Assembly (NCBI GenBank): GCA_964016885.1
Contig: OZ024744.1
Location: 38,936,001-39,000,000 of the forward strand
Reading direction: 5' to 3'
Source of the DNA: Eledone cirrhosa
Taxonomy: Eukaryota
Length of the DNA stretch: 64,000 nucleotides
Each line of letters starts with the position of its first letter. The stretch's first letter is position 1. The position numbers were made by a program, and so were the translations under genes. This document shows, one piece after another, positions 27,886 to 41,309 of the stretch. The notes beneath the pieces were generated by a model. The model had not been told where the DNA came from. It made no database searches and saw only the letters and a list, made by a program, of their open reading frames with translations.

Positions 27886-29421
27886 ATAGCGCGAATAATA
27901 TTAAAATATAACATTGACACAAGTGTCATTTATCCATAGGGAAAGATAATACTTGATAGAATTGACACGAGACAATTAATGGTATTTAATTTATCAACAT
28001 ATGACTGGCGAATTGGCAGATTTGTTAGCGCGCTGCGTTCAAACTCCGCTGAAGTAAACTTTGCCTTTCATATTCTCGGGTTTCATAAATAGCAGTGCTG
28101 CGGCAGTTGATTAACGGAAGTGTTTGAGCGTCCGGGCGAGTCTTTTGCCGTATCTGTTCTGGCTCTTCTGTCCTAAGTTCTAATACAATCCCCTGCTCAA
28201 CCCGTCCTTGGTTAGTGTGAACAATTAAGCTTAAAATTAGTGTAGTTGCTAAGACTTCATGTTGCAATCGTGTGTAAAAGGTGATCAGCCCACAATTTGT
28301 TGTAGAGATTCGCTGTTGATTGAATTAAAATAGTATATTACTGGTTTTAATTTATTTTTTATCGTTCCGCGAGCGAATTAAAGTCAAAGAAAAATCCAGC
28401 ATAATTACTGCATAAATGCTGCAACGCATTTAATCAGACGCAGAGCAATTGCGTATAAGCTTTCCTATATGATATGGTCCTGCTTGTTTCGCACATAGTT
28501 GGAACGCCTTTACTGGGTCTGCTCGATCATGGCTGGCTAAACAACAACAATAACAAGTGTACAGTTTTATAACCGATACTAGAAATTATTAATTGCCTAG
28601 TCGAGGGAGGCCTGTACATGTTCGCATGTAAATAAATTCTCTCTTAAATTACGCCCTAACGTTGTTTTTCTTTTTCTTCTTTTTTTTAATGAAGCTTAAA
28701 CTGAAAAGAAATAGAGTGGCCGAAATACCTTTAATAATAGGACTACTTAAACGAAGTTGACTTGGGACTACATACCTACAGCAGCAGCAGTAGCAGCGGT
28801 GAGGAAACAGAGGAATCTCTATGCAACCACTCGATCTGTTAAAAATAACAGCTAAATCTCATTCAAATCACACCAGTGTGAAAAGGAATGAGTGAGATAT
28901 TGAACAATGTAGTCGTTTATCCCTATAATATTCCTGATCAAGAAGACCAGTCATCAAAGGTATTCTATCCATGTCTGTCACGCCTTGGTTCAGTGTTGTT
29001 CCTGGTAGTCGGCCGAATGATGAGGCGCGATTCAGAAACTCATCTCCCTAGTTATAGTGTATCTTTGCCCACTTGGGGACCGTACTACACATTCTGGCAT
29101 GTTGTGAGGAACCATGTGGAAGACAGTGTAATTGTGTAGACATATTGAATACTGTAATGTCCGCTCAATTACTTTACGTCCGTAGATCCACAGTGGAGTC
29201 GAACATGGTGGACATGTCAAAGCGTGATAGTTGATACCGCTCTGCAGATATTTCTGATAGTATGGGCCTCAACACAGTGACAGGCTTTGGTAGTGATATT
29301 TCAGCTGTTTGTGTGTTTTTGTTCCTTATGTTCTCTGGGTTGAGTGGGAGAGATAGTGTCATTTGAGAAGGTTGTTGTTGATCTTCTCATTGTTATTGTG
29401 TATGTTTCTATATGTTTCGAC

Positions 29422-29530
<109 letters not shown>

Positions 29531-29534
29531 CAGT

Positions 29535-29620
29535 GGTTACACAACAGTTAGTTCACCATACCGAGAACAATTGTTTCACCTTAGCGGATCCTCAGCTCGT
29601 ATTGGACATGCTTATACGTA
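29535..29620 (-). ncRNA. Hammerhead-containing pLTR fragment, second copy of 9105-9185
   Basis: ccgagaacaattgtttcaccttagcggatcctcagctcgt is the reverse complement of the 9121-9160 hammerhead. It abuts (TA)n. Confidence 0.75.
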
Positions 29621-30235
29621 TAACCATGTTCATTACGAGCTGGGGATTTATAATGATAAGCAGGGTCTTGTCTTGTAGTGTGGGGGTAGGTGATACAGCC
29701 AGGAAGTAGTAATTAGTTGGTGAAAAAGCGATGTTGCAGTCTCGGGTTCGAATGTTAAGTTATTTTACAGCGAGAGAATCTAGCCTTCAGTCTGTGGTTG
29801 CAGTACAACGATCGTTCGATTCTGTCATCTAGTAATTTGCCCTTGGATTTTAAGATATAAAAGAGTTCTAGGTTGCATAATCTGCATTACTTCAATCCAC
29901 TCCGATATGCACTAGCGCTGGATAGTTTATCCCATTTCAAGGTGAACTGCCGGCTGCACCCACGGAGCCGCCAGGTCTTATTGGCGCGCGTAGTCATAAA
30001 CGGTGTTTAGGATGTTTAATCGAAAATCGATGACAATACCAGCGAGATTTAAAGGGACAGTGGTAGACGCGATGTAATACTGTGGCAATAAATGATTCCA
30101 AACTTGACTATATCAACACAGGGCCTACGGTTGTCACTTTGAGAATAAACAGTATAATAAAACCCCTACCGCAACATTTTGATTAAGCTATCTGTGTTCT
30201 TCGGACCAATCTCTCCCATTTCTCCAACCCCTACA

Positions 30236-30329
<94 letters not shown>

Positions 30330-30579
30330 CCTTCTTTCTCTCTTCCTTTTCTACTCTATCTTCCCCAATAACTTCCTTTTCCTTTAAGAAATACAAGGGT
30401 ATTTACATTTTAACCATTCTGCTCTGAGGAAACGGTAGAAGCAGCATTTGAAAATTGAGTTTCTGCAAATAATTACCAATTTGCACATAGCATGACTAGG
30501 CTGTATAACTACTGTTGAAACATTTGTAAGCACTCGGAATAAATTACCTTTTTATGATGTCTACCTGTTATTATCCATT

Positions 30580-30610
<31 letters not shown>

Positions 30611-30613
<3 letters not shown>

Positions 30614-31216
30614 TGGCTGCCAACTCGCTTTCGAGTACGGCCACTACCTTATATCCATGTAGGAGAACCCCTACCGATGCGCTGAACGAGTGTGACTTTT
30701 TAGTCCAGCCAGCGACTTGAAAACTCTGGTACAAACGCTACACCTGTCACAATTATTGACACATAGTGCTGGGCCCATGGTACCATGTGACGACAAGTGC
30801 AGAGAGATCTCCAGATATAAAGCAATGCCTGTGCCGTGAAGCTTTTATAGTGAGCAAAGGCACTGCACAAAGCCAGTCCCACTCTCTTAACCAAGATGAT
30901 ATTTACCAAAAAGAAGAACAAGTCAACATCATTGGATACCATCAGGGTTGCAGCTGTTATATCAGAGTTATCCTTCTCCTAGAATTCTGCCTTGACAAAG
31001 GCTAAGGGGTCATCTCTCCCGGTCATTTTGGATGGCCATTGACTCTTAAGAGCTCCTTTGCCCTTTGACAGGTTTTGTTTTTAGTCCTGCAGGATGTCCA
31101 AAGTCACCCTCCTCACCAAGAAACCTTGATGGGGCTGCCAGTTTAGTCGCCAACGACCCGACCATGAGACAGGTTGTACTGGGATACATGTTACCAGTAG
31201 CACCAACTGGTGACCT

Positions 31217-31220
<4 letters not shown>
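30611..31220 (-). mobile_element. 610-bp TG...CA dispersed repeat, copy 2, in (TA)n
   Basis: Reverse complement of 3946-4631, with sharp boundaries against TA tracts on both sides. Confidence 0.75.
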
Positions 31221-31251
<31 letters not shown>

Positions 31252-31645
31252 GCACATAGATACAGAGGCAATGGTTATATGGCTAGCCACTCGCTTGTCA
31301 AGGTAGTCTCATGTTTTTAGTATTTTTAATTTCCTTATGTAGATGGTGGTCTCTGAATATGGTATGCGTACATGTTATTACATGTCATGTAGTGCAATAT
31401 TTTGTGTCTTTGTAGTTTATTGTGTTTTAATGTGGAGAGATTAGGGGACAAGGTAAAACTAACATAGTCCTTGGTGAGTCTAAAGTCTTGTTCGAATACC
31501 ATTATTGGTCAAATGTGATGACTGTGATTGCTCTAAGATGGTAGGTAATGCATCGTTTCCTCCATCTTTTATGTCCTTAATGTATGTTGTGAATGTTTTG
31601 GAGGTGTTGAATCTAACTCTTTGTACTTTTGTCATTTTATGTGTG

Positions 31646-31730
<85 letters not shown>

Positions 31731-32569
31731 TGTGTGTGTGTATCATACTTATGTGATGGATGGTTGGTTATATTTAGTGTTCTCTTGTGTTGTTGGTAGG
31801 AGGCGAGACGGTGTGTTTGGTAAATTCTACTTTAAGTCTATTGATGTGGATCAAATTTAACTACAAAATTTCGAAAATGGTGTAAAGAATGCGAGTATTA
31901 CATGTTCAGTATTTATAAACCTTTTCAAATGTGTTGCGAAAGTGTGGGTAAATATAGGCATAGGCTAAAAAGTGTTGCTAACGGAATGGATCCTTGTGGT
32001 AGAATTAGACATAGTATCACTCTCGTCCGTCTTTGCTTATAAAACGGTAAGAAGTAATCTGAAAGAGTTCTGACTGCAATTCATAGTCGTTCGTGCAACA
32101 ATTGACTTATATACAAAATTCACTCGGAAGCTATTGATGGGATATGTATTGATAGAACAAAAAACGGCAGGATGATCACAGCTGAAACATATTTAGGTCT
32201 GGGTTTACCTAGGGTTAAACAAACGTACACCAGGTCCGAACACAGAGTAGCAGAACTCCCACTGTCATCGCCTCCATCTCTCTCGCCCTCCCCATCTCTC
32301 ACTATTAAGGGCAAATGGGGTCCCACACGCTGGCCGCCCTACTGCCCCGGCAAACAGAATAGAGAATGCGTTCCCTCGGAGGATGATATGGAAGATACGC
32401 TGGAAGAGCCGTTCCATTTCACGAGGCTCACACCTGCGGCTGGCCTGCTCAGGGCCTATGGTGGTAAGTAGGGAGGTAGCCCTGGGGCCAAGGACACAAG
32501 ATATATCCACTACTAGGGGCTCGACTGTCGGAGAGCGACCGATTCTTGGAGAGTTTATTGATCCATCAC

Positions 32570-33350
32570 TGTTGTTATTGTTATTGCTGCCATTTTGAGT
32601 TGCTTTCCATATTTTGTTGTTGGTTAATTATGGCTGTTAATGATGTTATTGAAGTTTTTGTTGCTGCTTTGGCAGATGTTGTTTGCTATGGTTGTTATTG
32701 TTAGTGTTGTTGTTGTTTGCTATAGCTGTTCTTGTTGCTGTAGTTGAGGTTGTTTGCTGTGGTTATTGATGCTACTAATGTTGCTGTTGTTGTGGTTATG
32801 GTTGTTGTTGTTACTGCACTTGTTGCTACTTTTGATGTTGTGGTTGCTGCTGTTGTTATTGCTACTGTCGTTCTGTTGTTGTTGCAGATGTTGTTTTTGC
32901 TGTTGTTGTTGCTACTGTTGTTGTTACTGCTGTTGTTGCTGGTGCTGTTCTAGATGTCTTTGCTGCTATTGATTTTGTTGTTGTTGTTGCTGTTGCTGCT
33001 GTTGCTTTAGATGCTGCTACTGCTACTGATGTTGTTGTTGTTGCTGCTGCTGCTGTTGTTGTTGTTGTTGCTGTTATTGTTGCTGCTGTAGATTCTGTTG
33101 CTACTATTGATGTTATTGTTGTTGCTGCTACTATTATTGCTGTTGCTGTTGTTATTGTTGTTGTTGCTGTTGTTACAGCTGCTGCTGTAGATTCTGTGCT
33201 GCTATTGGTGTTGTTGTTGTTGTTGCTGCTATTATTGTTGTTATCGTTCTTGTTATTGCTGTTGTTGCTGCTGCTGTATATTCTGTTGCTACTATTGATG
33301 TTGTTGTTGTTACTGCTGGTGCTGTTGCAGATGTTTTTGTTGGTGCTGTC
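32570..33350. repeat. Degenerate (GTT/GCT)n tract
   Basis: Direct reading. Confidence 0.85.
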
Positions 33351-33538
33351 TTATGCTGCCAAACTTTGTCATCATATTTCATTGGACAACGCCTCAAACT
33401 GTCGTTCTAACGGCACCAATAATTTCTCATTTATTCTTCACCTCTCGGTACATAAATATCCTGTTGCTCCAAAAATAACTAACACGATTTTCTCTGTCCT
33501 TCCATAATTACTTTGCTACCAGATTTCTCCCTTTTCGG

Positions 33539-33990
<452 letters not shown>

Positions 33991-34181
33991 TACTCCGTCA
34001 CTCCTATGTGGAAAAAGTACGTTGAGTGCTTGAATTGAATTGCATCAATGGTTACCTTTACCGAATCGGTTTCGAGTCTCAAAAATAAATAGAAAGTCCT
34101 TGCGGGCTTCCATTGAAAAGATAAACTCTCGTCAGAAGGTTCTTTTCACTCGGAGAATATAAAATTCCCGAGTTCAAATTA

Positions 34182-34808
<627 letters not shown>

Positions 34809-34824
34809 ATATATATATATATAT

Positions 34825-35018
34825 ATAACGAAGGAAATGTGGTAAGGAACCAGATGGACCAAACGCACCAAAGTACTCAATACTTAGAGTAGTAGAGTGG
34901 GTAATAGGAACGAGTAGGACCCCGACGGCTGAGCTCAAGCCGTTTCGACGGCTAATTCGATGAGAATTAGCGGTCGAAACGGCTTGTGCTCAGCCGTCGG
35001 GGTCCTACTCATTCCTAT
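34825..35018 (-). mobile_element. Fold-back pLTR-like insertion, same family as 11381-11545
   Basis: Same tail and same outer arm end, but a different turning point that retains GATGA...GAAAC. Confidence 0.8.
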
Positions 35019-35035
35019 ATATATATATATATAAA

Positions 35036-35497
35036 TATAATATATAAGATCAAAAGATGGTTAAATGAGTTCCATGTATTTTATTATGCGCATTTCAAAA
35101 ACAAATATCATCATGCAATAACATTTGTATTTTCATCAGATAAAATAAAATAAAATAGGAGGACATGATATGAAGGTTAAAAACACTTGTGGATAGTGCA
35201 GTTTTAAATCAACATGTGGATAGTGCAGTTTTAAATCAACATGTTGATTTAAAACTGCACTATCCACAAGTGTTTTTAACCTTCATATCATGTCCTCCTA
35301 TTTTATCTGATGAAAACACAAATGTTATTGCATGATGATATTTGTTTTTGAAATGCGCATAATAAAATACATGGAACTCATTTAACCATCTTTTGATCTT
35401 ATATATTATGTATACTCCAGTCCTACAAACTGTAGAGTGCTTCTTATCCGATATCTGCATTGCTTTATTGTACTACAATAAAACTCACCTCCTACAT
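35036..35497 (+). mobile_element. Fold-back pLTR insertion, ~170-200-bp arms centred on AACATGTT (~35242), with hammerheads
   Basis: Arms 35036-35242 / 35243-35409, a unique tail to 35497, and TA flanks. Confidence 0.85.
35299..35369 (+). ncRNA. Hammerhead ribozyme (mirror copy ~35077-35147 on minus strand)
   Basis: tattttat CTGATGA aaacacaaatg...atatttgttttt GAAA TGCGCA TA ataaaata: 8-bp stem I, palindromic stem III ATGCGCAT. Confidence 0.85.
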
Positions 35498-35850
35498 ATA
35501 TATATAAATATATATATATATACGTATCCACACACACACAAATGCACACACATACACACATACATATATATGTGAGTGCGTGTGTGTGTGTATGTGTGTG
35601 AGTATGGGTGTGTGTGTGCGTGTGTGTGTGTGAGTGTGTGTGTGTGTGTGCGTGTGTGTGTGTGTTGATAGAAAATTTACATTCAAATGTAAGTACATGT
35701 ATAAGATGTCTAATGGAAAAGCCTGAAAGAAATCGAGTTCGCATTAAATTATATATAAAATAAATGTCCATTTATATGTCTATGTATATATCGTACCATA
35801 TAACTACATACGTTCTCCCATTTCTCTCTTATACGCATTCATTCTCTCTC

Positions 35851-35956
<106 letters not shown>

Positions 35957-36114
35957 GCCCTCTCTCTCTCTCTCTATCTCCCTCTCTATCTCTCTCCCTC
36001 TCTTTATTTGTCTTTATATATATATGTAGTGAGATAGACAAATTGATAGACAGATAGACAGAAAGATATATATATATACACACATATATATATACACATA
36101 TATATATATATACT

Positions 36115-36145
<31 letters not shown>

Positions 36146-36220
36146 ATATAATATATATATATATATATATATATTATATTATATATATATATATATATTA
36201 TATATATATATATGTATATA

Positions 36221-36291
<71 letters not shown>

Positions 36292-36623
36292 AGTATATAT
36301 ATATATATGTGTATATATATATGTGTGTATATATGCGCGGCCACACACACACATACACATATATTCGATTATACATATCTACATGCGGGCGTGCTTTTAC
36401 ACATATACACTACACACAGGTATCGTAATTTTCCTTCGTCAGACATGTTGGGCAGTTGCGCTTCTTTCACTTCCACGGCAACCATTTTCTTTGTATATCA
36501 AGGGCGATAATTTACATACTGACATATGTAAATTAGGTTCTTACCGTAAACATAATGTGACTTGTGCATAAAATAATTAATACAATTCAAAAATATACAT
36601 TTTAAAAGTGACTGCTTATATGT

Positions 36624-36783
<160 letters not shown>

Positions 36784-36929
36784 GGTAAACAGGAATAACA
36801 ACACAATCGGTACAGTGTATGGAAAAGATATATTAGGTTAACGCTTGTTATAGCAGGAAGAGGGTCTTAACGTTTCGGAATATATATATAGGAAAAAGTA
36901 TGACCCCGACACACATAAGCGTCTGAAAA

Positions 36930-37730
36930 AGAACTATCAAAACCCTGGGTAAATTGAAATTCTTTTTAGAAAATGTACGAATCACAAACGCCAGGTATTT
37001 CTGGAAGTTGTCTATAGGCTCCGGGCTGAAAGTTTTCTTGAAGAGAGCGAACAGCTGATCGTCTTCGACCGTCAAGGAAGCACTAGAGATGTCGCAACCT
37101 CAGCGCATGTATGCACATCATCAGCCACGGCATGCCCAGTCCTCCACGCAACGAGTGCTCACAGCAGATGGATCGTCTGACCATGGGAGCGCGTCCCTTC
37201 CACAAAAAGCGGAAGAGAAGGCGCTCCATTTTGGTCAGAGTTGGGCGGGCGGAAAGGTACGATGGTGAGGCGGTAGCAGATGACGGACGCGATGTACGCA
37301 TTCGCCACCTCCGCCCGACCTTTCAGAGACAGCCTCCTCTCGGCCCATTTCTGGGTGAGAGAAGCCACCCAGCTCGTCACCTCGCTCCAGTTTTTCTCCA
37401 TCTGGAGGTCTGGACCGAACCAGACCCCGACCAATTTAACCGGTCCTTCCGTCCAGCGCCTCACGACGCTGTCAGGCAGCATGGACTTGCCTCTCCAGGT
37501 GCCCAGCTGCAGGCCCACCGACTTTTCCTGGTTTATATTTGCTCCTGTTACCGCTTCGTATTCCTTGAGAGCAGTGCCGAGCATCTGGACGTGTCTGGTG
37601 CTCGACACCAGCACGGTGACGTCGTCGGCGTAAACCGACACGGATCTTCCCCGTCCCAGTTCGCGAGGCCCCCCCCTCCCCCGTGGTCTCCAAGTTATGC
37701 AGTAATGGCTCGAGCACCAGTACGTACAAA
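36930..37730 (-). pseudogene. Tx1-clade ORF2 internal fragment (RT YADD region) with deletions
   Basis: LYVLVLEPLL; SVYADDVTVLVS; KSVGLQLGTW; LSLKGRAEVAN; GGLGMPWL. Confidence 0.88.
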
Positions 37731-38910
37731 TGGTTAACACAAAGTATATCATTAAGGACAACAAAGAACAATACAGGACGGTACAAATGGCCATTTCTGC
37801 GTGTAAAAGACAAAAACAGAGTATGTGACAAAAAAGGAACATGAAAAAAGCCACGGTTACCCTGACCGCTAGGAAAATTGCCCTCTTCCAGTTTTCTTCC
37901 TACGATGCTACATGCACACGCCCAGGGTAAGCCCATTCATACGGGCCATTCTTGCCTCTCTCACCCACCTTTCAACAAATTGTCTGGAAGGCAGCACTTC
38001 CCTCTCCACCCTGATTTTCCTTTTCATGTAGAACCTGAAAAAGTTAATGAGGGCGTCACCGAAGAGGAAAGTACCCGTCTTCAACCCTTTCAGACGTGTC
38101 CACCATACGATCTCTTTTACCAGGGCCACCAGACAGATAAAAACTGCCTGCCCTTCCCGGCTAAAGAAAGGCGGCGGGGCAATTCTCACGATGGACTCAG
38201 CTGATAGCCGGATCCGTTCTACACGCGACACCAGGTGTTCGACATAAACCCACAAGTCAGCAATGCTTGGACACTGGACGAGTGCGTGCAGGACGGTTTC
38301 ATCGCCCTGTACGCATCTCGGACAGGCCTGGCTGACGGCACTTCCATGCCTGTAGAGTTTATCCCGAACTGGCAAGGCTCCTCGGTAGCACTGCCAGGCC
38401 AGGGATTTCTGGAAGTTGTCCATAGGCCCCGGCCCGAAAGTTTTCCCGAAGAGATTAGCTAGTTGGTTTACGTCGACGTCCAGAGTCTCCCCAAGGACGT
38501 CGTCGCTCTTTCCCTCCACTAACCCTCTATAGAACGCCAAGGTGGATTTTCCACCGATCGTATTGCCCGACTGGTCGAGGGCTGTAAGCGCCTGAAGACA
38601 TTCCAGTCTCCAAGCGCTCCCTCTCGGTCTTCGCTTGACACAGGACTGCAGCTCCGTCAAGGAGACGAGCTGGGGAAAGACGTGTCTAGCAAACGGCGAC
38701 CACACCTGATCACCTTCGAGGAAGAGGTGGAGACGTCGTAGCCTGAGCGCGTGTCTGCGCATCATCAGCCACGGCATGCCCAGCCCTGCACGTAGCGGGT
38801 GTTGACAGCAGATGGACCGCCTGACCATCGGAGCGCGTCCCTTCCACAAAAAGTGAAAGAGCAAACGCTCCAGTGCAGTCAGGCGAGGCTTAGGACAAGG
38901 TACGACGGTC
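37731..38910 (-). mobile_element. 5'-truncated Tx1-clade element (ORF2 C-terminus with zinc finger, plus 3' UTR)
   Basis: LTVVPCP...RDKLYRHG..CPRC..ETVLHALVQC, stop at 37908. The 5' junction runs directly into (TTC)n. Confidence 0.88.
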
Positions 38911-39132
38911 AAGAAGAAGAAGAAGAAGAAGAAGAAGAAGAAGAAGAAGAAGAAGAAGAAGAAGAAGAAGAAGAAGAAGAAGAAGAAGAAGAAGAAGAAG
39001 AAGAAGAAGAAGAAGAAGAAGAAGAAGAAGAAGAAGAAGAAGAAGAAGAAGAAGAAGAAGAAGAAGAAGAAGAAGAAGAAGAAGAAGAAGAAGAAGAAGA
39101 AGAAGAAGAAGAAGAAGAAGAAGAAGAAGAAG
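38911..39132. repeat. Pure (AAG)n microsatellite, about 74 units
   Basis: Direct reading. Confidence 0.97.
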
Positions 39133-39226
39133 AATTTCGGTGAAATTGCTACACTTATAGATGAAGGTCCGGCGGAACCATCGGTCAAATAAATTTTCAA
39201 ATAAGTTCTTGTTTTTGATTATGTCA

Positions 39227-40358
39227 TCTATATATATAAAACTGAGGTTGTCTGTCTGTCTACTAAAACCTTCGGCACACATCTCCTCTTAAACCGTACG
39301 TTCAAATTTCGGTGAAATTGCTACACTTATAGATGAAGGTCCGGCGGAACCATCGGTCAAATAAATTTTCAAATCGACCCACGCCAAGTGTAAAAATCGA
39401 ATTTGTAATGTATTGATTTTTCAGTTCAAATGTATAAATAGAGATGAGAGACGAGTTATTTCCCTTTTATGGCGTCATTTGCTTATCTATTTATGTTACG
39501 TATAAACGACGCGGTGGACCGAGAAGAACAGTTTCATGCAAAGAGAAGACCAAGTTTATGGTGTAAATGGAGTCGTTAGCCTAATATTCTATTTAAAATA
39601 ACCGAATGATTTCCAGCCCCGGAGTTTAAGAATGATGTAAATAAAATTATAAACGAAAATGACAGGTTATTAAAATAGTTGTTTCTACTTTTGGCACAAG
39701 GCCAGCAATTAAACAGTACATTACTGGTACTTTATTTTATCGACCCGTAAGGATGAAAGGCAAAGTTAACCTCGACGGGATTTTAACTTTGCCTTAACAT
39801 AGTAAAAATAAATAGTGAAGATTTAGGCCAGTACATACGTATGCACCGACGAACATACACATACTTATACATACGCACACACAAATACATACACACACAC
39901 ACACGTGCGCGTGCACGCGTGTGTGTAAACCTTATGCATTTCTACAGTATTTTCACCAAACTTAAGACATAGGTTACTCATGTACTCCGGATGGTCATGG
40001 ACATTTTCATTTTTCCAGATATTGATTATAGGGCCTCCCGGCGGAAAACGCCCTTCAACCACTTCCTTGGAGTCGACTGAAGCACTGCAGTGCAATGCAA
40101 AAAAAACGTCATAACTTCTGGAGTTCGCAAACGATTTTTACAAAACTTGACACATGGGATACGTTTGTTCTACAGATGAATGTGAACTCTCAGAATTGGC
40201 ACATATTGAGTAGGGGACCCCTGAGGGCAGGTACCCCCTTTTGGAAAAAGTCGATGAGTTTATAAAAGTATAGTTTTCGAAGCAGCACTGAAGTATTGAC
40301 ATAAATGGTATACATAACTGCTATTTAATACCCGAGCAACGCCGGGTACCTCTGCTAG
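39227..40358 (+). mobile_element. Non-autonomous Helitron
   Basis: A|TCTATATATATAAAACTGAGGTTGTCTGTCTGTC ... CCCGagcaacgcCGGG tacctctg CTAG|T: canonical TC and CTAG ends at an AT site, no TSD. Confidence 0.88.
39678..39790 (-). mobile_element. Partial Nin/Deu-like SINE inside Helitron
   Basis: Reverse complement of the 9977-10170 SINE body. Confidence 0.75.
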
Positions 40359-40585
40359 TAGGCGATAAAATAATTCATTCTGAAATGAGGTAGGTATTAT
40401 AATTTCACCAATTATCTATTAACTCATTTTCCTATAGAAGTACTTGTAGCTACATTATCCGAAATTTGGCTGTTAAATGAATATCATATCAAGTAAATCT
40501 TAATAATCCTGATAACCGCTAATGTTTAATAAATGTAAATATATATCAGGTTCGCACACTCGCACACATACACACCATATATATA

Positions 40586-41172
40586 TGCATTTTAAGTTAC
40601 CTTAAATAGCAACTATTTCTATTCTCCTTATATTTCGCTGTGACCATTGTTCTCTCCCCCCCCTTCTACCTACCTATTTCGCTACTTTCTACTCTCACTC
40701 CCGCTTTCTTCCTCTCCCCTTCTCCCTATCTACTCTTACCCCCACTTTCTCCCTCTCACTTTCTCCCTCTCACTTTCACCCCCTCTCCTGACTGTTTAGC
40801 AGTACCCCTCTCACTTACAACTGCGGCCATCAGACGTGTCTTGTTCCTCTCGACCACTCAGTCTCGAACTTAGGTTCTCTCATCATGTGGTCTTGGATCT
40901 CCTACCTATAGCTGCTCGACATTGCTCGGTTTGTTGTTGTTTTTTGCTGTTTTGTTACTGTTTTCTCTTTTCTTCCCTTTTGCTTTACTTCCCTCCCTCC
41001 TCCGTTTTCCCAATAACTTATCCAGTTATTGACGCCCTGGGGCAAGATATATTGTCTTTAAAGTGTAGAAATATCCGAGACCCCCAGTAGACAACTGATT
41101 AGGACCCCCCCGTTCTTACTTTCTGCATTTTAAGTTACCTTAAATAGCAACTACACAGCCATTTCTATTCTC
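40586..41172 (+). mobile_element. Probable PLE 3' remnant bounded by a ~30-bp direct repeat
   Basis: tgcattttaagttaccttaaatagcaacta occurs at about 40586 and 41124, with a pyrimidine-rich interior. Confidence 0.4.
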
Positions 41173-41181
41173 CACTTCTAT

Positions 41182-41230
<49 letters not shown>

Positions 41231-41239
41231 TCACACACC

Positions 41240-41270
<31 letters not shown>

Positions 41271-41309
41271 AGTGCATGTGCGTGGATGGGTGCGTGTTAA
41301 AAGCCTGTT

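Noticed and set aside
28960-29400. Short minus-strand ORFs as a host exon
   Set aside because: No recognisable motif or splice sites; flanked by TA and pLTR fragments, so more likely a repeat remnant.
37908-39200. 430-aa ORF with poly-Phe
   Set aside because: Chance in-frame fusion of the (TTC)n tract with a truncated Tx1 ORF2.
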